Below are positions 51,912-64,000 of a stretch of 64,000 nucleotides of DNA, piece by piece. Source of the DNA: Octopus vulgaris. Its lineage: Eukaryota. The stretch lies in contig OX597823.1 in the NCBI GenBank assembly GCA_951406725.2, positions 65,844,001-65,908,000 on the forward strand. Reading direction: 5' to 3'. The translations under genes and the position numbers were made by a program. The first letter of the stretch is position 1. Every line of letters starts with the position of its first letter. The notes below the pieces were generated by a model. The model was not told the origin of the DNA. It did not search any database and worked only from the letters and a program-made list of their open reading frames with translations.

Positions 51912-52851
51912 CGTTTGGATTGTACCTATTGAGCTATGTAGTTTGCTTGGAGGATGAGAATGCCTATAGGTCATAGCGAATTGCGAATTAACCAACGGTC
52001 ATTATTCTTGTCAATAGCTTTCTAGAAATGACTTTCAGAATACATTGGGCATTAAACATATATATATATAAATAGATTATGAAATTAATCATAATAATGC
52101 CTTTTGAACAAGTTATAAACCAACACTTTTCAGCGGACAGTGTTAGTCATTTGTATCGACCCTTGGTCTAGACTATAATATTTTATTAACCCCTAAAACA
52201 TGAAAGACAACACTACTCTCGGTGAAATTTGAATTTGATCTTATAAATTTAAGACCTTCTCAAAATACAACAAAGCATTTTATTCGACCCGCTAAAAATG
52301 CTATTATCAGTACGTACATATATACACAGAGGGATAAAGAGAAACACACACACATTCATACATATATATGCATATGTATATATTTACCGATGTAACTATT
52401 TCTCTATCTATGTACCTGTCTACATATATATGTTTTTATATATACGCATGTGCATGTGTATGTATATATATAAAGATTTTTTTCTATTACTGAGCGTTAT
52501 ACTAATACATCTATTTGTTTTGTACACCACATGCATTCGTCTTTTGTTTTTTTTTGGAAACTCTCCCTATATATATCTATATGATGATGATGATACATAT
52601 ATACATACATACATATATACGTAGGTATGTAAGTCATTATTCAGTCTTATTTCAAGTTTTCTAGCCAATAAAGAGCCGGTTTCGAATTGGAATTTCAACA
52701 CCAACGAAGTATTTTTGTATGTATTTATGAGTTCAGATTTGTATGGTTTGTTTTATGTATATCTTCTCATGCATATACTTGCATATATTGACATGTCCAT
52801 ATATAATTACGTGTTAAGATACTTTCATATATATACATACATACACACGCA

Positions 52852-53228
52852 CATAATGATAATGGAAGTCTGTCGGGGTTCGACAAACACGTCAGCCACG
52901 CCGGAGGTCGGAGCGTAACCCAAAGGCGGACGCGTAGACGCGACCATATGTTGGGCACGTAACAGCAGAAGTAGGGTCGGGGATCCTCTCTTTTCGTGCT
53001 TGTCGCTTTCGGACAGCTGGGCGCCAGGCACCGCGGTCAGAGGCAATGGATTCCCAGCCACGGGCTGAAATGCCGCAGGTCTCAAGGGAAATCTTCAGGT
53101 TGTCCTTGTAACGCCTCAGTGACATTCCAGGGTTTCTTGCTCCGGAAGCCATCTCAGAGAAGATCATCTCTGGTGGACGTGCGTCGTCCACTCGGACTAC
53201 ATCTCCAACCCACCGGCGCTGGGCCTTC
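52852..53228 (-). mobile_element. RTE-clade LINE 3' end
   Basis: ORF 52892-53230 AQRRWVGDVVRVDDARPP...GAR..G...RRYKDNLKISL..CGI....WE..A.DR..WR plus decayed zinc-finger CPTYGRVYASAFGLRSD; short 3' UTR and (CAT/TAT) tail. Confidence 0.85.
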
Positions 53229-53639
53229 ATACATACTTACATACATAAATACATACATGCATACATAAATACATACATACATACATACATACATACATAC
53301 ATACATACATACATACATAAATGCATACAAACATACATACATACATACGTGCATACGAACTATAAGTTTGGATTTCGAAAAATACAGATGTACGTATTTT
53401 ATATACATGGACATACAATGTATGTTATTGTATACATACATGTATATATATATATGTGTGTGTGTGTGTGTAGTTTCTGTGACTTTAATTTAAATCCTAG
53501 AGAGTTCAAGCCCGTCGATAACAAAGCAACTAGACTTCTTGAGTTTTCCGGTGTTTTAATTACGTTGATTTGGTTTACTGATTGAACTGTCAAGGTATAC
53601 ACCCATGCGTGTGTATCTAATCACATAAGAATTTCACAT

Positions 53640-54600
53640 GGAGAAGTTTTCGAATGTCTTGCAGAACTTCACGGTGCCGCTAATAGAGTGGATTTTTGAG
53701 AATCCGCCCCAGTCTCCTTTGCTCTTTCTGTGAAGCCTTGTATATCTCGGTTTTTGTGTAACTTTGTTGGTATATAATCTAACGCACCTATGATGATTCG
53801 TACAAGCGTGAATTCATAGTCAGAGTGCAAGAGCTGTAAGTTCGGGATGAATATGCAATAAATGTTCTCTTTTTCCTGGATTTTGATTGTACACCCATAT
53901 CTGCTGAAGTGCTCACTTCTGCAACAGTACACTGCTTTTGTTCCCAGTCCCACACAACTACATCAGGTCTGTCACGGTTGAACCTAAGTGATGCCATTAT
54001 TGGAGTCTTCCACAAGTATTCCCTAATTTTAAAGGTGTAAATATTTGTTGGTTCTCATATGCCTTTGGTGTATACATCAGCACAGTTCTTCCTGCGGATT
54101 GCATTGTAAATAGTCTTTGCAACTATATCATGCTTCAAGGAATGTAGTATCTCGTAGACATTTGGGGGCATCTGCTGATGATGTGGGTCATATTTTCTAC
54201 ACTGGTATAACAGGTTTGACATTTTCTCTCACGATGCGGAGGTCAGGTGATATCTTTATCTCTCTCGTCTATCAGGTATTTAGTAGCTACCTCCCGTTTC
54301 TGAGTAGGGAAGGCGTGTCCTTCCAGGTGGGATGTAATGCATTTATTGAAGGTCCAGAAGTGGATGCTCTTCCTTTCAATGCTGTTGTTGCTCTCTTGCT
54401 TACGGGTTATGTACCCATTCTTTCATTTTTGTTGATATGATGCCTGCTTCGCCGCCAAACTTCTGTCTAGGTAGGGCAGACCAGCCTGCTTTGGGGCATA
54501 TGTGCCAATCGTATCGTATTCTCAGAGTACATGCACTCTAGTTCTCCAACTCTGAAGATGTTGCTGCTCTCGCTTTTGAATATGCTTGGAATATACTCAT
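53640..54600 (-). mobile_element. Non-LTR retrotransposon 3' part with CCHC and PD-(D/E)xK restriction-like endonuclease (R4/NeSL-type)
   Basis: KCQTCYTSVENMTHIISRCPQMS (~54160-54230), NRDRPDVVVWDWEQKQCTVAEVS (ORF 53788-54015), EKENIY...LQLLH..Y.F....IIIGAL (ORF 53669-53953); frameshifted. Confidence 0.82.
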
Positions 54601-56359
54601 TTCTTTCTTTACTGTTTAGCAATGCATGTATGCTTGTGTGTATGTGTGTATGTATATATGTATGTAAGTATATATATATATATATATATGCATGTAGACA
54701 TGTATTTAGGTATGCATATATGTATGTATATATTTTCGTCGCTTAGCTTTGCTTATCTGCATCAAAACAAAATTTTCATAAGAAATTTATTCGCAATTAT
54801 TGAAAGTGTGGACAACACTATTTTATATAAAAAATTTAATCCAATAGGCTCTTTCTCTAATTTGTCTCTCGCCGAAAATAAATCAACTCAACTTTCAAAC
54901 TATTTAAGCGTTTCTAAATACTTCAATTTCTGTTTAAAATATCAAACAATGGCGTGAGGACAAACACTATGTAATATTCCATCATTCTATGATGAGATTG
55001 AAGATGCCATTAACTATTTTTCTAGCTGCCAAACTATTCTCATAGCCAAGAGTTTTGAGGTATATTTCAACAGAAAACTTTAGGTGGTTACATAACTTCT
55101 AATATTTAACTTGTATTTGAAAGCAATAACAATATAACATTTAGCCTGAAAGTTATTGCAGATTTGAGACGTAGACAGAGGCATGTCATTAACTATCGGT
55201 TGTAGTAGAATGATGAATCGGAATTATTCTGTCTCGACACTATTAAATTTCAGTCCACATGTATCTTACTTTATTTGTGAAGATGCAATGTATTTGAAAA
55301 TATTTCTTTTAGACTACATACAAAAAAAAGTAATAATAATAACACACTTTAAATGAATCGTTTAAACTAATTTGTATTCATGATAGTATAGTGATTTTTT
55401 TGAGATCCATGAAAGGAAATAAAGAAAAAGAAATTAAAAACATGAGGAGAAATAGGGCATCACAAAATATCAGAAAGTTTCTAATACTAACAATGAAAGT
55501 AAGTATTAATTTAGGAGAAAGAATTTACCGCTGTGTACAGCTTTATAAATTAAGTAGGATGAAAGAAATACTATAATTTCCTGCGTTATTTGCAATATAG
55601 CCATCAGTAATTCTTTCATAGACGGTTTGTCAGAGAGTAGAGGCGTGTTTTCAATATAAGTGACAAATGAATCTCTATTACTAATGACAAGCAGACAATT
55701 TGTCATACATATGAAATCACTTGACATGTAATATCTCATCCTCATCAAGACTGGAATTGACAAAAAGAAACTAATCTGATATTTTCATCTGCTGCATTGT
55801 TGATACTTACAAATAATATGTGGTTGTCCAATTAAGAAATGCTTGAAAGTTGTACATACTTTTGGCAATAACAAAATACAGTTATGATATATGTAAGATA
55901 ATCTGAAACAGTAAGAGCGGAATATGTTTCGCATAAAAAATTTTAGCGACGCAATAAAAAAAGTGGACGTATTTTTTTTTCTATACGGTATAGATTGAAG
56001 ATTTCATTGTATTTCGCTTATTATACTAAACTATTTTGACAAGATTTTTATCATTTTGTAACACGAGAACTTACTGTTTATTATGAATTAACTGGTTATC
56101 ATAAATGCAGTATTGTTTTTAATGCAGCTATATTATCGGATATGAAGTGTTCAGGTACTATCCGGCATTTGAATCTTCGTGATTGTTGGGTCGTGTATCG
56201 AGAGATACGTAAGGCCAAACGATTACTGCGCTGTCTGAACACAAAACTTAAAGTAGATTATGTTTAACTCCTGTATTTATATGCACACACACACACACAT
56301 ACACACACACACACACACGCACACACACATCTAAGCGTTATATAAGTGTACTTTTTTGA

Positions 56360-56715
56360 CGAGCAGCTGATTTCTAGTTCAGCCCCCACATATGAGATAA
56401 TTTGGTCATTTGACATCTGCCCCAACTATGGTTGCGCCGATGAATGCTGAATGAATTTAGTAACTGGAAACCTTTCGGAAGCCTTTTGTGTATGTTTATA
56501 TGTAAGTTTAACTGCTGGTCTATCTTTGTATTTTCTCACACTGATTTACAACAGCTGTTAGTGTATTTATTTTGTGGTAGTTTATCGGCGACAGGAATTG
56601 ATGGAACATTACTGGAGTTAAAATAATTACTGGTATCGATTTTATCGACTAACATTTATCACGCTCGTGCCTCATCATTGCTGCAGTCCAAAAACGTAGG
56701 AGAGAGTAAAACAAG
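56360..56715 (+). mobile_element. SINE family C, heavily diverged
   Basis: tgctgaatgaatttagtaactggaaacctttcggaagcc and cattgctgcagtccaaaa tail resemble 8190-8430. Confidence 0.45.
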
Positions 56716-59700
56716 ATATGTTTTTTTGTATACCCTGTTCGGAAATAGTTATGTGTATACAGGTTCTAAAGAATTATGCACCGCTTATGCGAAAACATTG
56801 AATTAGTTGACACCGTTATTCTGCTATTCCCTTACTACCTATTGCTCTGTCAGAGAACTTAGTGGTATAATGCACGAAGAGTCTTATGATGACTAGCATA
56901 TTTTATTCCGCCGTATGAGACACAAATCTTGATGAAGAAACTGGAAAATGCGTGAGGGCATTCATTAGGTACTATGTCCTTCTATTCTGTAAACTTTAAT
57001 ATCATAAATGACGGCTGTGTTGGAGATTCTGAAACAACGTTTGGAAAGTATTAATCAATCATTGTTATTTGTTAGTTACTTATATTGCTTAGTTACATTC
57101 TGAAACAATATAACGTTTTATTTGAGCAAAATTGCAGTTTAGCAAATAGAAGGTCGGATTACACGAATTACAACATACATATGTATTCGATTGTGCGTGT
57201 ATTTCTGTAGGTGTTCATGCTCACATACATATACATTCTGTGTATGTGTGTATGTGTGTGTGTGCGTGTGCGTGCGAGTGTGTATGCCTGAAAGTGTAAC
57301 GTGAACGGTCTAGCTCGTATTTAAAGTGTTATTTCTTTAAAACAGCATTTGGTACCTAGCGATTTTTACCCAGCACTTTACAAGCTTTGTAACCGATTGA
57401 ATTTGGGAAGAGTTCATTATAGATTATACTGCAGTACTGGGTGGTGATATCTCGCCCATATCCACCCAGTCCGCCTCCACAGTTTATATAGTTCCATTAT
57501 TAACCCAACATAAAATCGTTTCCTAAAATAATATGTGGTAGCCTGAGGTAGAACCACTGCTTATTTTCCAATGACAGGGTCTACAAATCGTGTACCAACA
57601 TTTGAAACCAGCATCTGCAAAACCCGTTATTATCTCTTGTTCCACGATTTTCTCTGTTTGATAAGTACCTTGAGAAATTCATATAGTGCTATTCATGTAG
57701 GGAGATATTTAAAATCTGAGCTATTTTCATTTCCATATTGTTATAAGTGGGGATGGCCATATTTCATGTCAGCGTCATTATTACTATTATTCTTTTAGTG
57801 TTCATTGTCAAAGACCTTTCATCACTCATCTTAAAATATTTCGTCACAGTATGTGTGACGAGAGATTTAAAAGAAAGGACACTAAAATAAGAATAATAAT
57901 AAAGCTGTAGTGAAGACCAAGTATATTATGCGTGTGCTTAGTTAGCAAAAATATGATTATCCCCAAATCTGTTTCAACACTCGATTTCGCATTCCTGCAA
58001 AGCAAATTTATTTCCATTTTAAAATTTTCGTCTTCTTTTTCTTTTCTTTATTTTCACATAGAATAAAATTAATTCTATTATCTCATTTCACACAATGCTA
58101 TATTGTAGTATATCCAAGAAAATTGCTTTTCGTTTTATTATGTTATTTGTTGCAAAACGTGTGAAGCTAACGTTTTGGCCTATAACCCTCTGTCAGCGTA
58201 TTATAGCCAATATTGTCAGCCTTTTCCTGTATCCACGACAGGCTAATTTAATGGTAACTAGACATCAAACACTTTTGAATATATTATTGCCATTGTTGCC
58301 GACGGAGACCCTTTAAAGATTCCTCAAATTTCCCATCTGGCCCATATTCTACTTAACCTTTCTATATCATATTATACTATGCAATACCATACTATGAAAA
58401 GTTGATTTCCATTTTGCAATGAACATTTCCGTCATTGATTTATTATCTCCTATTATAATGTTGGCAATAGGTATATCGATCAATAGCATCAATCATTCTC
58501 ATTAGCTATTTCCCTGCTTCCAATAGCAGACAATCAATAAATATCCATCCACATGATGTTTCTTAATTTAGATCTGACAACAACGTTCTCATGGCACACA
58601 TTCTTCTTCGCTGCAAAAACTCATCATTGTCATGACACTACTTCCGTTTCAGTATTACCTCGTAATGTTTCTACGTATAGCGCTTTCAATCATTTTCGCC
58701 TTCCCAATTGTTGTTATTTAAAAGCACCTGTACATATACGCATATGTACAAATACGGATACACACAAATCCATAGGTACACAAGATTTTACACTCTTACA
58801 TGTTCATTTGTGCATATACGCGCGAGCAGGCGCATGTGTGTAAACGTCTCCAATTCACACGACGTACATATATGTGCACATATTATTAGCTCTTGTAGTA
58901 GTAGCTATAGTTCCAACGTTCAAATAATAATAAATATATTAATTAATTAAGCTAGCAATTAAGTAATTAAATTGTATTACAACTCTGTACACTGGAAAAG
59001 TCATAGGAATATATCGTGCAAACAAAGGTATATAATAAACCAGTTTGTCTTAAACTATTCAGAAAAGACGTGTTTTCATTCTGTCCCGAAGTAACATATT
59101 ATTAGGTGACAATGATTTTAGAAAAACCTTAAAAGCTACAGCAAATGAATGTTTGGTGTCGGAGCAGAAAGAGAAATCATTGAATTAAACCTGAGGTTCT
59201 GCGAAGCAAAGGTTGCAGGAAAAAGCTTAATTGTTCTTCAAGCGTTTGGATGCACACAAAAGCAAATGTTTATACAATAGAAACTATTTTTGATTTCATT
59301 TGAAAATTGATGGGTAAACATTGATCTTCAATTAATGATCGTTCAACGTGTTCACGTTTGAGTTGTAGTCTTCTAACAAGGCGAACACAAATATTAGCCA
59401 TTACATGCAAGTTTCTCTATTATGCATTGTCCCTTCGTGGATCCATATAGATGGCTACCATGACATCACAGTACACATCACGATTGGAACATCATCATGC
59501 AAGGAATTACCATACGACAGCATTATACGTCTGCTTCTTGATAACGTGTCAACCATGAATTGTTTCTTAGGTAAACACATTTACAATAAAATGAGGTCAA
59601 CTCAAATTTTGTGTGGCAGTTTCGTTACACAGAAAATATGGAGAAGCTAAGTATATTGAATGTTATTTACTTATAACTGGAGATCAGCACCAACGCTCGA

Positions 59701-60803
59701 TTTCATACTGTCAGCTGATACTTAAGCTTCTTTAGCCCTCGACCAGGGTCTTAAGCTGGAATTATAAATCGATACCATAAGGTATCGGAGAATAATTTTT
59801 CATTCACTTGACACTGATAGATACTGACGCCCATCCACTAGCATGCAGCTAACTAATTTATAAAGATAACAATTGGCATAGTGGTGCAAGGCAAAGCAGA
59901 AGAGCGGCTCAAATATAGAGCCTGCACTGAATCGTAATCATAATCCTTGCAACATTTACGGGCTTCTTTGCAAAACATTGGCGGGACTCATGTTACATTC
60001 AGCATAAGTATTATGAAGGATAAAAAATATGTACGTTGTCGGATCGTCCTACAGACTGGTGAATACACCATATTTATGTACACACACGCACATATGTATA
60101 TATACATACATACATACGTACATACATATGAATGTATATATGGATATAATTTCATACATATATATATACGCGCGGACGGGGTGGGGGTATATATGTGCGT
60201 GTGTATGTATACACATGATAGAAGAAGGAAAAAATCTATATACTTATCTATCCATTGGATATCTTTATATTTTGCTGCAACTGGACTTATGGTGCATATC
60301 TTCGAAGCTAGTATTCAAGACGCATCGCATAAAGGCAATGTTCACACACACACACACACACACATACACACACATACACAATCAAACACACAAATACATA
60401 CACACACTCACACACAAACTGACACACACACACATATATATATTTGCAGATACAGATATCCACACTGGAATCTTCTCAACTGAAGGGCTCTTTGAGTGTA
60501 AACAATTCCACTTGTTACAATTTGCGTTCAAAACGACTTAGTGATTATTTTTGAATCTCTAAGAACTTCTGCGAAAGGAGACTGAAAATTAGATTGACAG
60601 ATACGTACATATAAGCAAACATAGATATAGGTAAACCGGCAGGCATTCCCAGAAACCACTTTTGGAATACAGAATTATACGTACTCATTTGCATGCGAAG
60701 CAGTATACGTACACAAATAACAAGTACCTTGATATATTTGAGGTTGGGACAAGAAAGAAATAGTTGGCTGTGGGTCAAGTATTGAAGATCACAAATAAAC
60801 GGG

Positions 60804-60844
<41 letters not shown>

Positions 60845-61224
60845 AGACAGATAGACATACAGATGCATATTATATAGAATGATGAAAATGGAGGAGAGAA
60901 TACAATAATGCATAAACTAAAATGACGTTGTTTTTATTAGCAATAATCGAACAAATATATCCACACGTTTGAACATCACTGGAAACATGCATATGAATAT
61001 CATAGGCAAATACACTATACCCAATATACCATACAGCACAAATTCTCGTTGGTCATTTTTTATTGATTAATGAAATCACCTAGACAATGAATATGTTAAT
61101 TTTTTTAATTTTTCAATCTCTCAATAACCTTTGCCTGCTGGAGACAGCTTAGGGCAAGTGGTATGCCGTCGACCATTTTAAAGTCAGAAACAGGTACCAA
61201 TAACTAATTCTTTTGTTTGAATTC

Positions 61225-61582
61225 CATCTTTTATTCGGTTCAGGAATTTGGCTGCGGTCATGCTGGCACACCGGCTTGAAGGGTTTTAGCCGAACAAATC
61301 GATCTAGGACTTATTTTTTGAAAACCTAGTATATATCCTATCGCCCCATTTGCCGAATCACTAGATTAGGGGATGTAAAGACACCAACACCAGTTGTCAA
61401 GTAGGGGTGGGAGACAATCACTGTCTAAAAGACACGCAGAAACATGGTTATATACACATATATACATAGATGACGGGTTTCTTTAAGGGATCATCTACCA
61501 AATCCACTCACAAAGGTTCGGTCAGCTTGAGGCGATAGTAGATAAAAGTTACCCAAGGTGCTACGATGGGGTCTGAACACTG
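61225..61582 (-). mobile_element. SINE family C, diverged
   Basis: gctgcggtcatgctggcacaccg, ttgccgaatcactag, catctaccaaatccactcacaaagg, acccaaggtgctacg match the reverse complement of family C. Confidence 0.7.
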
Positions 61583-61773
61583 AAGTATACACCTATCTGT
61601 AAATATTGTTCATATATATACTACTGGCGACTGAGTTATGTTTCTGTGCTCATTTGATGTATATACACATAGACACTCACATATAAACACACAAAAACAC
61701 ACACACGCACATAAAATAATTATTTCTAAATCTCTGAACGAGAGTCATTCAGTAACAGTATTCTAGAGTAAAT

Positions 61774-61876
61774 ATTATTTGCCAACATAATGTGGCAGTC
61801 CTGGATAGGACAACAGGGGCTAAATAACAGTAGCAATCCTCCTAACCACGACTGCCACATTATGTTGGCAAACAAT
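61774..61876. repeat. Hairpin with ~35 bp arms beside (TA)n
   Basis: tttgccaacataatgtggcagtcctggatagga / tcctaaccacgactgccacattatgttggcaaa, 29 nt loop. Confidence 0.88.
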
Positions 61877-61997
61877 TTCAGTTATATATATATATATATC
61901 CATAGATACATAGATATATATATTATATTTATATATATATACATTATATATCATATACATATATTATACATTATATATATGTATATATAATAATAAT

Positions 61998-62066
61998 ATG
62001 TGGGAATATTATTCCAAACTTACAGGGAAAAATTCAATTCAGAAATGCTAAATCAAATTTCACAAA

Positions 62067-62073
<7 letters not shown>
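61998..62073. mobile_element. Terminal stub of the element 1 family
   Basis: gggaatattattccaaacttacagggaaaaattc vs gggaataaatccaaacttacagggaaaaatc (~5175-5205); TA-rich tracts on both sides. Confidence 0.7.
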
Positions 62074-62125
<52 letters not shown>

Positions 62126-62127
<2 letters not shown>

Positions 62128-62178
62128 CAATGTGTTTGGAGGTCATATCACCCGGGCAACACCAGGATGCATTACTAG
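62126..62178 (+). mobile_element. Possible Helitron 3' terminus
   Basis: GC-rich imperfect hairpin cccgggcaacaccagg, then CTAG|T about 8 nt later. Confidence 0.45.
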
Positions 62179-62859
62179 TACATATATATATATATATATA
62201 TATCATATGTAGTAACGATTCAGCAAGTAGAGAACCAGAAATTTTATTACTGCTTTGTAATGTATCCTATTCGAAATACCAATTTAATTCGCCAATTTAT
62301 CAAGCACAGAAAAAGACCGATTGTCTCTCTCCTTTTGAGCAGAGAACCTTTAAAGAAGAGCCGCTGGTAAAAAAAAAAACAAGAAGAATAAATAAGGGAG
62401 ATAATCAACGTTACAATAATTCAATGTCAAGAGGACGTAAACAAAATGTTTATCAAGCTGCTCTACTTTTAAATTCGAATAAGATGTATTCCTTGAAATG
62501 CAGTCGTACAGAAAATTCCCTTTCTTGGAATTTATGTATTCGTTTGGTATTCTCAAGCCTTTTAAGAGATTTATTTTTCAAAAGAACATGCTAAACATTT
62601 CATGACCCGTTAATAGAATGTCTAGTGTTGAAGTGGACGAGTTTCGACATCAAATGGAGAATCCTCTCCAACACCAGATTGAATAATAACGGATCCAAAC
62701 AATGTTCAGTATCTTTTCTTGGAAATGTTTTTCCAATTTGAATGAGCGTTTCTTTTGCATAATTACCAATATGTTCAATAGTAAAGTATTTTCAAAACGT
62801 CAGTGAATGACAAAATGTTCATCCAGGTGTACATTATGGAACAATTGCACGCAGATCAA

Positions 62860-62990
62860 AATGCAAAACAACATTTCTTCCGACTCCTTTCGGTCTGTGT
62901 TCAAATTCCACGAAAAAAAATCTTTGATCTTAATCCTATCGGAGACGATGAAATAAGCACCAGTAGAACCCTGTGGTCGATGTAACGAGC
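62860..62990 (+). mobile_element. SINE family A, diverged fragment
   Basis: gtgttcaaattcc...taatcctatcggagacgatgaaataagcaccag...ggtcgatgtaac. Confidence 0.6.
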
Positions 62991-63389
62991 ACCTTTCTCC
63001 AAAGTTTCACTGTTTGTGTCTGTAGAGGAAAGGGTTATATTTAGCCAAGATCTAGTGGCGAGGCTGTACAATATATAACATCTCAGACCAAAGTTTATGT
63101 AAGTGGCACGGCTGTTAAGTGTCACGGCTGTCATAGCACCTTGCCAGTAATATTGCTTGATTTTGGCACATACAATTTATAAGGTATTCTGTTCATATAT
63201 TACAGTAGTTTGTGTCTACTAATGAAAACAATATTAAAGTTAGTTGAAGTCAGAAAGCGAATGTTAAATATCTTGGGCAAAAACAACCAAGTAATATCGT
63301 TAGTGGGCTATGAAGCATGAAGACTTCGGCCATTAGTCAGCTGCGCAGCCAAAAGATTTAAACAAATGTTGAGGCTGGAAAAGGAGAAT

Positions 63390-63424
<35 letters not shown>

Positions 63425-63650
63425 CAAGAGAGAGGAGAAAGAGAGAGGGAGAGCTGTGGAAGATAGGAAAGAAAAATTACAACAGCGCAGGAAGGAGCAT
63501 GAAAGAGAGCAAGGAAGAATACAAGAATTAAAGAAGGGATGAAATGAAGGAGGAGAAAAGAAATGAGTTAGCTTCAAAGATTAAAAAGAACTAATGGAGT
63601 AAATGAAGCAGATATAGATATAGACAGTAAGAAAATTTATATCCATACTT

Positions 63651-63700
<50 letters not shown>

Positions 63701-64000
63701 ATATACACATACACACACACATACATATATATATATACATATGTATGTATTGTTTACGTATATATATATATACCTACATATATATATACATATATATATA
63801 TATAGACATATATATATATATTAATAGATATAGATACATATACATAGAAATGTATATACATAGATGTATGTGTGATACATACGTGCATTATTGTATGTAT
63901 ATATGTATGCATATCTGTGTTTATATTAAAGTGCAGGACAACACAGCTAATTTGGATTTATAGAGCGATAAAAACCATTGAAAGGAAGTGCAATGATGTA

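Noticed and set aside
57778-57902. Imperfect inverted repeat with inner tcgtcaca/tgtgacga hairpin
   Set aside because: Short, AT-rich and partly (TAA)n-driven; not distinguishable from background
62130-62594. 154 aa ORF as a host exon
   Set aside because: Spans microsatellite and repeat fragments, no recognisable domain; no host exon could be supported anywhere in the window, though short exons cannot be excluded by eye

Overview
AT-rich, microsatellite-dense eukaryotic DNA with no recognisable host gene; the repeat families suggest a cephalopod (octopus-like) genome, which is an inference. The ORF track is mostly microsatellite or chance ORFs. All recognisable coding remnants are transposon-derived: a Tx1/L1-type LINE RT (1-1250), two mariner elements (22321-23367 degraded; 29684-30973 near full length, D,D34D), a Chapaev3-like DNA transposon with an internal deletion (~32800-34343), Penelope-like (PLE) RT/GIY-YIG remnants (10600-11060, 40560-41700, 49620-50430), an RTE LINE 3' end and a restriction-like-endonuclease LINE 3' end. 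Three tRNA-derived SINE families are also present. The most striking signal is a set of short non-coding elements inserted in (TA)n tracts that carry type I hammerhead ribozyme folds (CUGANGA...GAAA...NUH, tiny near-palindromic helix III, long helix II). Five sequence-unrelated families have intact cores, a sixth has one core substitution, and several more are decayed. Three sit back-to-back at 5160-7530 as fold-back structures, two with the ribozyme on both strands. Four families share a ~17-nt motif downstream of the ribozyme. All folds were paired by eye, not computed.
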